A stretch of DNA of 38,155 bases from Octopus bimaculoides (taxonomy: Eukaryota): assembly GCF_001194135.2 (NCBI RefSeq), contig NC_068983.1, forward strand, positions 99,331,398 to 99,369,552, read 5' to 3'. This document shows positions 10,801 through 22,400 of this stretch, piece after piece (the first letter of the stretch is position 1; every line of letters begins with the position of its first letter). Below the pieces are notes generated by a model. The model was not told the DNA's origin. It worked only from the letters and a program-made list of their open reading frames with translations, and did no database searches. A program made the position numbers and the translations under genes.

Positions 10801-13380
10801 AATGTAGAATTAGAAAAATTCTTTGCGATTTTTATTTTTAAATTTTTTATTTGACATTAACATGTTAAACATTTATGTTTGTTTCAGGGTTTATTTAGAA
10901 TAGCAGGAATGGCTTCAAAAGTAAAAAAATTGAAGGTAAACTCCTAAAACATTACTTCATATATTCAGATAATAATTACATATTTTAAAAAAATTACTTG
11001 ATAATATATTTAAACTAATAATCTTTTTTTAATTAGTTTTGTAGTACAGCAAAAAGCATAAATCCAAAGCTTGTGAAAAATTAGCTACAGGATGTGTATG
11101 CAACATGCTTCTATGATGTTAATGTTCTGTCAAACTTGCTTGTAGAAAATATAGATAACTTTAGGATTTTTAATGTCTACCATTTCTGCCAATGGTAAAA
11201 TTAGCAGTTTTACAAAAATAACATTGTGTAACATGATTTTCGTCTTTGGGTAGCAACTCTTATTTCCTATTTGCTTATGCCTAGAAAGAATGAAAAATGG
11301 CTAATACTCCCTTCAAACTTAGCTTTCCTCAAACTTGTCTCCACTTGGACAGCTCGAAGTAAACTGAACTGTGTTGCCAGAATGTTCTAGAAATTCTTGA
11401 AACTTTTAGAAACTTCTTGAAAGTTCTTGAAACGTCTAGAAAGTTCTAGAAACTTCTGCTTCAGCAACTCAGTGTTGAATCTATCTGAAATGTTATGGAA
11501 AATAGGTTAGTTACAAAACATTGATGTCCAGGTCACAAAAGCAAAGTTTGAAGGGAATAGTAGTCATTTCCTTTGACTTCTAGATAGAAGCAAATAGGAA
11601 ATAACACTTACTGATCAAGTACAAAAAATAAATAAATAAATAATAAATGAATAAAAATTTTGTTATACAGTGTAATATATAAATTCAGAACTATTAAACG
11701 TCTTTAATTCTGGCATCCTTATTATACAAAGACAATGTTTTGGTGGAATTTTCCAAACTTCTGAAAAGTCAGTTTATTAGAAACAAGTATCTGACAACAT
11801 TTTTATTCCTTTATATGTTCCTATTCTAATGAACAGTAAAATGTAGGACAGTTTCTAACTTGGTGCATGCAATGTTGTGTGATTAAGAAGTTTACTTTCC
11901 GATCACATGGTTTCAGATTCAGTTGCATTGGGTAAAAGTCTTAGTATATTCCCTGGCCAGTATATTCCCAGGCCAACCAAAGCCTTGTGAGTGGATTTGG
12001 TACATGGAAATTGAAAGAAGCCCATCACACATATTTATGTGTGTGTGTGTGTCCCTGTCTTGACATTGCCCAATAGATGTAAATGAGTGTCACTGTCACA
12101 CAAGCAAAGTTATTCATTTTCAAAATTCTGTAAAAAACATGTCTGGCCAGGGGGAATATATTACCTTACTTGGAAATAGTTGAGGGTTGGCAATGAGAAG
12201 GGCATTTGGCTGTAGAGAATCTGCCACATTAAACTTTGTCCAACCCATGCAAGCATGGAAAAGCTGATGTTAAAACAATAATGACAAACATTCCAAATCT
12301 ATTGGGCGTTTTGTTGTTTAATGCCAGATTAGTTCTAATTAAACAAAGCAATTATTATTGGATTCCTACCATCTTATTTTCAGACAATGTATCTAGGACT
12401 ACATTATCAAATGTGGCTTTTTGGTTTTTGTAAAGATGATAAAGTGTGGTTTTAAGGTAATTAGGTTGCTGTTTGTAGCAGATCAAGACCATATAGAGGT
12501 GCTTTACAATTTTTTATACGAGAAGAGTTAGTTGGACCCTAAATTCTTTACTGAATAAATAATCTGGTTCATATTCCTTCAAATATATCATTAATAACTT
12601 TCAGTACTCAAGTATCAACATTTAGCTTTCTTATTTCTCATTAAGGTTATTGAAAAAGGACCTCTGTGGAATGTTTTTTTCTCTTATGCAAGATAAGGCT
12701 GAAATATTTAAGTAAACAAATTTTTGTATTCCACTGAAAAGTTGTACATTTTTGGTTGTTGGTAAAAATGAAAGAAACATTCTATCAATTTTTTGTAGTT
12801 ATTCAAATTGTGTTGGATATTTTGATGAAAAAGTATTATTTTCTTTCTTTTTAGGCATCGTTTGATGCTGGTATAGTAGATATGGAGGAATACGAGCATG
12901 ATTTACATACTGTAGCTGGTAAGTTTCATTATTCTGTTCAGTAAACTTTTTAAGTGTTACAGTCTTTTTGCTGTTTAACCTCAAATATTAATTTTTATTT
13001 TATTATTTTCTTTTTGCTATTTTTTAATTACTTAGGGGCCATGAAACAGTATTTAAGGGAACTTCCTGAACCTCTTTTGACGTTCGACTTGTATGCAGAA
13101 TTTGTGCAATCAGTTCATTTGTAAGTTTTACATTTGCATCTTTTCATATACTATTGATGTATATATATGGAAGTAAAATAATAAATGAAAAGGAAAATGA
13201 GGAAATCTTCTAACAATGCAGTGACCTCTTTCCCTTTTCATTTCTTATTCTACTTCTGTATTACAATGCTTCAAGTGAACTACAATCATCATCATCATCA
13301 ATTAACGTCCGCTTTCCATGCTAGCATGGGTTGGAGTCAAATCGTCCAACCCATGCTAGCATGGAAAGCGGACGTTAAAC

Positions 13381-13446
<66 letters not shown>

Positions 13447-16400
13447 NNNNNNNNNNNNNNNNNNNNNNNNNNNNNNNNNNNNNNNNNNNNNNNNNNNNNN
13501 NNNNNNNNNNNNNNNNNNNNNNNNNNNNNNNNNNNNNNNNNNNNNNNNNNNNNNNNNNNNNNNNNNNNNNNNNNNNNNNNNNNNNNNNNNNNNNNNNNNN
13601 NNNNNNNNNNNNNNNNNNNNNNNNNNNNNNNNNNNNNNNNNNNNNNNNNNNNNNNNNNNNNNNNNNNNNNNNNNNNNNNNNNNNNNNNNNCTGAAACGTT
13701 GTGTTAACAACAAACAAGATGAGGACAAATATCCGTCAAATGTAAATAATGTCCATAATTCCTCATCTCTTAAATATAGAACTATATATATATATATATA
13801 TTATGTAAATTTATATACGACAGGCTTCTTTCAGTTTCCGCCTATCAAATCCACTCACAAGTCTTTGGTCAGCCTGAGGCTATAGTAGAAGGCACTTGCT
13901 CAAGATGCCATAGAGTGGGACTGAACCCGGAACCATGTGGTTGGGAAGCAAGCTTCTTATCTCACAACCACACCTGCACCTATGTATATATATATATATG
14001 TATAATGACATAAAGAGAACCTGTACAGACACATATATAAGCAGAGTAAACACTATGTGAGAAAGACCCTTTTAATCCTGTGTTGTTGAGGACATGAGAA
14101 CCTCTTTAGTGTTGGTGCTACAATAAAATGTACTCTGTGTATTCTGTAAAATGGCTGACAAACATAGGGAAAAAGCATAGGATTGAAAGGACCCTTTAGT
14201 CTTTTCTTGTGTCTGTGTGATGATAAATTGCATTCAGTACACTCTGTAAAGTAGTTGGTGTGAGGAAGAGCATCCAGCTGCAGTCACTATGCCAAAAGAG
14301 TTATGTACAGTACTCCAACTTGTCTTTCAAAAAAGTGGCTCCCAGAAGTAACTTAGAACATGAAGACCTGTACAAACCATGCCAGCATGGAGAAAGAATG
14401 TAAAATAATGATGATGATGCAGTTTTCGTGTATGTGTGTGTATTGGGAGGTTGTGCTGTCATTTTGTAGTGGAAGGTAGCAATGGCAGAAATAGTTCCTT
14501 GGAATACTTGGGGGAAAATTATTTCAGTCGAAACTTTAAGGTTCATAAATAAGAGAAGAAAAGGTTGAATTACATGCAGTTATGTGGTGTTGCAAATTCA
14601 CCAAGTCCAAGCTATTATGAGGAAAAAAAACTTAAAGTAGACATTTCCCTTATATTTGATACACCATCATCATCATCTTCATCATGTTATGTCCATTTTC
14701 CATGCTGGTATGGGTTGCATGGGTCATAATGGTCCAAGTCAGACCTTGTTTAGAACTACAGCCATCCTAGATAAGCCAGAGGGCCATACCTTACTCTGAT
14801 ATTCTATTTTTGGCATGGTTTCTATGACTTAATGCCCTTTGTCACACTAATCACTTCACAGAATGTATTAGATGAATTTTATCATAACACCAGCACTAGT
14901 GAGATCATCTTGTCTTTGGGAAAACTTACGAGTCCTCTCCATTTCAATAATAAAATATGAAGTCATTGTTATTTGTGAAGGAGAGTAACAAGAACATGAT
15001 AGTCCATTGTTATGTTTTATATAATCTCTTTATTATCTTATTTCAGACCACAAGACCAACGTCTGGCTGCTTTAACTGCCACTGTAAATAAATTGCCTAA
15101 AGAAAATTATGACAATTTTAGGTGTGTAATATTTGCTATATTTTCTAGATTGATATTCAAATTAAATTTATTCATATAAGTATTTGAATTACATTGCTAC
15201 AATTGTGTGCTGTGCCATAACTCTGTTTGCTCCAGCTTTAGTTTCTTATAAAAACCAATGGGCATTCTTATACATTTACTGTGATAATTTTCAGCCCTGC
15301 TTCAGCAAGTACTGTGATGATGAGATCATCATAATAAGGCTAAAATATATTTGGAGTTGACTCCTATTCATGTTGAAATAACTGAAAATATTATTACATA
15401 TTTACTAACATTTCTTTCTCACCACATAATAATTTGTTAACTTTTTTTAGTGGTAAGAAGAGTATTGTCTCTGAAAGCAATTGCTTCAGCAACAAAAAAA
15501 AATTATACTACTTATACTTTCATTACAAAATTGATAGAGAAAAGCAAAAAAAAAAATTTTTCTTAACATTAGATTCAAGTAAGGCAGCAAGTTGGCAGAA
15601 TTGTTCACGTGCTGGACAAAATGCTTATCTTGCTGTCCATCTTTGCTTGCTGAGTTCAAATTCTGATGAAGTTGACTTTGCCTTTCATCCTTCCAAGATT
15701 GCTACAATAAGTACCAGTTGAACACTAGGGTTGATGTAATTGACTTACTCCCTGCCTCAAAATTACTGTCTTTACATTCTGAGTTAAAATTCTGCTGAGG
15801 TCAACTTTGCCTTTCATCCTTCCAGGGTTAATAAAATAAGTATCAGTTGAACACTGGGGTTGATGTAATCGACTTACTCCCTGCCTTGAAATTGCTGGCC
15901 TTGTGCCAAAATTTGAAATCAATAGTAGATTTAAGTTGTCTATCATACAACACAATGACAAAATTGTAATTCTATGCTACATCACCTAATTACGTAGTCA
16001 TTGGATTATGTCTTTTATCTTGCATTTGGATAAGCAGAAACACAATTTTATGTTGAAAAACCAAAATTAAATTATAAGTTAAAATTTGCTGAACAACTTT
16101 ATCACACGACCATCATATCTTTTGAAAGAGCTTTTAGGCTGAGGTGCTATGATCAGGCTCCTGCGAAAGAAATGTTAACCCCAAAGATAGTGTTTTGTTA
16201 TTGATACTCTACATCAGTGATTTGCAACTAGTGTCCACATGACCTCTGCAAAATAGTAAATTGAGGATCCACAGTAGTATTTTAAGAGTCCATGTAAAGT
16301 TTTGATTTAAATGTGTCTATTGCAAGAAGCAGCTAGGTTTCTTTTTATAATGTTTTACATAGTTCAGCATACACAAGTTAATGTGTGAATAACAAAATAG

Positions 16401-19400
16401 GAATTTTGAAAGAAGTATTTATAAAACTAGTTGTAAACATTGAATAACTATAGGGGTTCCCTAGAATAAAATAGTAATCAAAGGGGTCCTTAAGTACAAA
16501 ATGATTGAGAACCCCTGTTCTACATGTTTCTCCAGTTCATCTCATAAATGGTTAGTCTAATGAAAAGCATCTCACTCTTGATAACTGAAGCACAAATACA
16601 AAAAATTTTTTTTTTAAATAGCTAGTTCAAACAAGTACAGAAAAGTGTGTGGAAATGTTAAGGAAAATATTAAATGTTTGTGGATGTGTATTAATTGAAC
16701 CAAATCATATTTTTTTTATTTCTTATACTTGCAGGTATTTAGTGAAATTTCTTGCAAAATTAGCGAAGTGTTCCAATACTAATAAAATGACAGCTAGTAA
16801 TATTGCTATCGTGATAGGTCCTAATCTGCTTTGGTCATCAGATGAAAGTCTGTAAGTATGAAATTTTTAATACATTGAACAGTATATCTTTATATATATA
16901 TATATATATGTATGTGTACTATTATTGTTATTGAGAAAGTAAAGGTGGTGAGTTGGCAGAATCATCAGCATGCCAGACAAATTGCTTAGCAGTATTTCTT
17001 GCAGCTTTATGCTCTGAGTTCAAATTCTACCTTGGTCAGCTTTGCCTTTCATCCTTTCAAGGACAATAAAATAAGTACCTGTTGAGTACTGTGATTGATA
17101 TAATTGACTAGCCCCACTTCCTACCCCTAACTTCAACCCTAACCCTAACCCTATCATCATCATCATCATCATCATCATCATCGTTTAACGTCCGCTTTCC
17201 ATGCTAGCATGGGTTGGACGATTTGACTGAGGACTGGTGAAACCAGATGGCTACACCAGGCTCCAATCTGATTTGGCAGAGTTTCTATGGCTGATTGATA
17301 TATTATTAAACGAGTTGTTTTAATCGTGTGACACTGTCACCAAGTATATTCTTAATTCTTCCAAAAATCTAATAGATAACCATTGATAACCATTGATTCA
17401 GTTAATTAGATATGATTATTTGGAAAATTGTACTTAGATGAAAGAAATTATTTACTTTGTATTATTTTACTACAATCATGTTCTGTTGTTGTTCCATTTC
17501 AAATCACAAAAAAAAAAAAAAGAAAATAGAAATGGAAAAATTTTGAATGACTTCATTCATATGTAATATGTTGACAGTCTTGTCACATCTCACTCTGTCT
17601 TTGGATTGTGACAAGCCAAGTGAGAAATATAAACAATGAATTAAAAATAAATAAATAAATACTCATAAATGTAATAGTTTCTAATAGGTACAAATCTAGA
17701 AATTTTGTGAGAGGTGGATGGGTAAGTTGTCTAAACCTCAGTGCAGGGATACCTCAATTTACACTGGTAATTAGTTCTAAGACACAACTTAACTCTCAAA
17801 AAATGACATAATACAAGAAAACATTAAAAAAAAATTATTTGCTCATATCTGTTTTAATAAATGGTTTCTACATATATTTTCACATGTATTTTATTTGATT
17901 TTCCGCTTTGGTTTCGGTATAAACACCTAAAAGCTGTTTTTTAACCCTTTAGCATTCAGATTATTACTTTAAATGTAGTACTTATTTATTCATATTGTTT
18001 TGTATTAGCCATGCATTATCTCATAGATTTGAGACTTCAATCAGGGGCAGACCCAAAGGTCTTTTCTCCTGGAATTGTATTCCCTTCTGACCTTGTGCCC
18101 TCCCTTTGAAAAATTCCTGGGACCGTGCCTGTCAGTGCTGTGATAGCTTTACTCTTAGAATGACATTGTAGGGTGGATTGGAAAGATTGGATCTGGTCAG
18201 AATACAGAATATTTTGGCCAGATTTGGCCAGTCTAAAAGCTAAAGGGTTAATTTTTATGCTGGTAAATTAAATATGTTCACTGAGTATGACATAAAGTTG
18301 AATAAATTGACTGAAGTTGAGGTTTAATTTTCCCATTCATTTCTTTAAAAAAATTATGTAAAGTCAAAAAGGACACAACTTGAAATTATGTAAGTTGAAG
18401 TATGCCTATAGGTAAAGACAGTTGCGGCTATCTGGTCACTGCTTGTGCCACCCTGAATTGAAAGTATCCAAGGAACCCACTTCATGGTGATGTAAGAAGA
18501 GGAAAGTCGTCACACTTAAATTGACTACTTGTTTGCAGACACTGGCCTGGAATGTATCCAGGACCTTGTGGCAGATGGATTTTGTTGCTGCAGTTCAGGT
18601 TGGAACCCAGCCATTAAAAAAAATAAAGTGCCTATACTTGACTATTTTTTTATCTCAAAATTAACTGCAGTGGGATTTGAAGTCAGAATGTAAAGAGTTG
18701 TAACTAAATATGACAAAATGTTTGTCTGATACCCTAACAGTTCTGCTAACCCATATCCCTAATGATAATAATGTAGTAGTGACAGAAGGAGACATGACAA
18801 TAGCAATCAAGTGACTTTAGAGTGTTTGATGAGCAGAGGTTTGTTTATCAGGCTATTTTTTAAATATTTTTTATGTGACCTTATATGTGTGTTCATGTAC
18901 TTTGTTGCTGCAGATTCAGGTTGGAATCCAGCCATTAAAAAAAAAAAATCGCCTACTAATTCAGGTGTGTGAATAGTACTTTAGCACAGACAATCTTGTG
19001 CAGAACCAACAATTGTTTGGAGCTGATGAAATATCTGACTCTGAAAAAGAGCACTAATGTATGTGATGTATCCTTGGCTTTGTGCTATATGTATGGTCAT
19101 TATGGAAGGTCATCTGAAAGAATAGTGAAGTGGTATCTTTTGCCTTCTATCTGTTTCACTCCCTGAACTGTGATCATGCTGAGGCACCACCTTGAAGGGT
19201 TGAGTTGAACAAATTGACTTCAATACTTGTTTTTTTTAAAAAAAAGTCTTTTTGCCAAACTGCCGAGTTATAGGGACATGAACAAACAAACACTGGATGT
19301 CAAGCAGTGGTGGGAGACAAGCACACACATACACACACATATATAACAAGCTTCTTTCAATTTTAATCTACCAAATCCACTCACAAGGCTTTGGTCAGCC

Positions 19401-22400
19401 TGGGACTATAGTTGAAACACTTGCCCAAGTTGCTAGGCAGTGGATACTGAACCGGAAACTTTGTGGTTAGGAAGCAAACCTCTTACCACACAGCCATGTC
19501 TGTGCTTATTTTATGGATATTTGATGCTGTTGAATGATTTTTATTTTATCTTGTCCCCATTCAAGGATCAGGTTGCACTATCTGTCCCTGTGCAAGCCTA
19601 CCAAAAATTGTTGAGGTTAAATTGGTGGGGTTTGAGTGTAGAAAGAGAAGAGATACTATCTATATAGCAGTGCATGCAACTGGAGAAGTGAATGAGTAAA
19701 TCATTAATATATAGATGTAGAAAGTGGCTGAGGTATGACTGCATGACCTTTGAACTACTTAATCCCCTTCAGTCATTTCCTTCAACCTAAATCCAACCTC
19801 AGGTTAGCATTATAACAGGTTCTGTTAACATTTAAACCAGCCATGGGCAACTTGTGACCTGCAGGACTTGTGAATGTCAATCTGAACAAAAAAAATTATC
19901 TTGGATTTTTTATTTTAGTTGTGCAGCCTGCCTGATGATGGGCCATGCCTGATTTAAAGTATCTGAAAGAAAAATAATTAATCCTTTAGCATTCAGATTA
20001 CTCTGTCAAATATAATGCTTATTTATTTGCATTGTTTTGAATTAATCATGTATTATCTTGTAGCTTTGAGATGTAGTATAGGTGTGAGAGGCCAGATCTG
20101 GTCTGTCTGAATGCAAAACAGAATATTTGGGCCGGATATGGCTGGTTTAAATGCTAAAGGGTTATTATTTGATAATTAAATAATTATACCAAGAGAGAGA
20201 ATAATTTTATTTACCTGATTATATCCCTGGAATTTTTCATTTATTGATATATTTTTCATTCAGTCCAACAGTACTATCAACTGGTAATTTTAGTGTCATT
20301 ATTGAAACAATAATCAACAATGCTGATTACATTTTTCCTGGAGGTAAGATATATTTATTTATGCATTTTAAAATTTGTTTTTGATTTATTAACATTGATA
20401 GACATTTCAATGTTTTTCTTTTTCAGTTTTCTCACAGAATTTAATCCCTAGTTACCAGTCAATATTAAAGTATTATACTTACATTATTTAGTTTCCTATA
20501 TATATTTAATATTTCATTTAAATGTTCTACCTCTCTTCAAAAATGAAGAAATATTTTTCAATTTTTTTTTTCATGTGACATTTCAGTTGTTAGTTTTCAC
20601 TCAATTTACTTTTAATATTTCTGTTCAAACATAAAATTAACTCAGTTGAAACAGTTTGTTCTGATTGACATTTTGACCAAAATCTTGTCTTTATAATACA
20701 CAAGTCCTTTTGAAATGTTCCTCTGATACAAAATATTATAGCTAGTGATTGTCTGTGTCTGTATACACATTATATATAAATGTTATCCACAGAAGCATTT
20801 TAATAATTTTTGATCTAATTCAAAATATATGTCCCTGTGTAATCTGGTAACAAACACAAGGCAAATATTACATTTTTCAAGGACAGACAACTGCACCACA
20901 CTACCAAACAACTTCACATGTTTGAACACATTATTTTCACTGGCCTTTCATATATTCTTAATATTATGAAAGCTATGTCTAGGTGACCTGGTTTTCCATC
21001 TTCAGAACTATAAACATCTGAGCTATAGTAGCTCTGCAAGGCAGAGTATGTTGCACAATATAAACACTTTTCTTATATTGGTACACTTGTTTTGATTACC
21101 TGCATCTTAGATTGTATTTGGAAAGCCATCTTCCTAATAGATAAACTTTTATTTATAGAAAAATCTTCATAAATCTTCCCCACTGTCATATTGTGCTCTT
21201 ACTGTGCTTTTTCTACTGATACTATTAGTTCTATTTTTCAGAATTGTTTGGTAGAATACCATCTTATTTCACCCACCTCCTGCTTCTTTCCACCAGAACT
21301 ATTTATTTCATTAAACCCGTTATCAAAACAGAGGTGGCCCCTTCTTTCCCATGTATTGTGATCTCACTATACATTGACCTTCAAACTCTAAATCTCATCA
21401 ACTTTGCCTTCTTTTCGATTCAAGAATGGTAGAATGATGATATAGATAAAACACTTCCTTCTCAAAGAATTATATTTGATTTTTACTTTGAACATCTCAA
21501 AACATTTTCCTTTGTAGCTTTTTTATTTTTTTATTTTTGTTTTCATAACAGAAATCAGTTTCAAATAATAAAAAAATCTAATGAATCCATTATTCATCCT
21601 ATCTTATCAGTAAAATAATGTTGTAAATCTATAAACAGGTTTGAATTATTGTCAAAATTATTGTTATGTAAGTCTAACACTGTCTCATTATTAGTAAAGG
21701 CTCCAAAGCTAAATATTCCTCCTAAGTGTTCTCTTTAGGATCTTCATCACTCAGAGAGCCAACTTATAAAGATGAAACTGAAAAATCATCATCTGAATCA
21801 TTAAAATAATGATTCTAGCAAACGGTTTGTTGGTACCAACCCTCTACCTCTTTCTTTGATTTTTTATCACGCACCATGTCTTCAAATGATGCATGTATAT
21901 ATATATATACTTATACATATAATTCTAATCTAAAAATTAAGAAGCCTCATGAATTATTTTAAAATTTATTTAGTATATATTTTGACTAAAAAAATATTAC
22001 GACTAGGTAATTTTAAATTTATTTAATCTTGTGTAATGCTTGGAATCTGTCAAAAATTGCATATCACTTAAAACTGTATGCCATATTCAAGAATTTTTGT
22101 GCTGGAGTTAAGTTTAAATATTCCAGTCATGACCAAAATATACTCTTGCATGAAGACAGCATTCTACCACACCCAACATACCAGCAGCAGACTGCATAAT
22201 TATTGAAGAAAACTATTCACTTATTATTCCTGTTTGCATAAAAATTACATCGGCTTCTTTCCTTAATCATTTTAAATCAAATTTGCATTGATCTGTAATT
22301 TACGTCAGCTATGAGGTTGTATATGTAATATTTTCAGAGAGAGAGAGAGATATGTATATGCTTATTTATAACTCTACCTGTATATAAAATTCCTATTGAT

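Noticed and set aside
10888-10935. A-to-I recoding of the arginine-finger AGA codon driven by neighbouring hairpins
   Set aside because: I found no sequence complementary to the exon itself; the nearby hairpins are self-contained, so there is no basis without RNA data.
11379-11457. Periodic array as a CRISPR-like repeat
   Set aside because: Eukaryotic context, 10-bp contiguous units and no unique spacers.
13337-13885. Three ORFs of 117-167 aa in the ORF track
   Set aside because: Artefacts of microsatellites and the N gap.
13900-13985. tRNA genes from A/B-box matches
   Set aside because: The boxes belong to SINE heads; there is no cloverleaf and the sequence continues into SINE bodies.
21242-21432. 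In-phase acceptor plus 62-aa ORF as an alternative exon
   Set aside because: The peptide looks like random or antisense sequence, and the region may be a minus-strand LINE relic (20830-21430) that I could not confirm. Weaker than the 21739 candidate.
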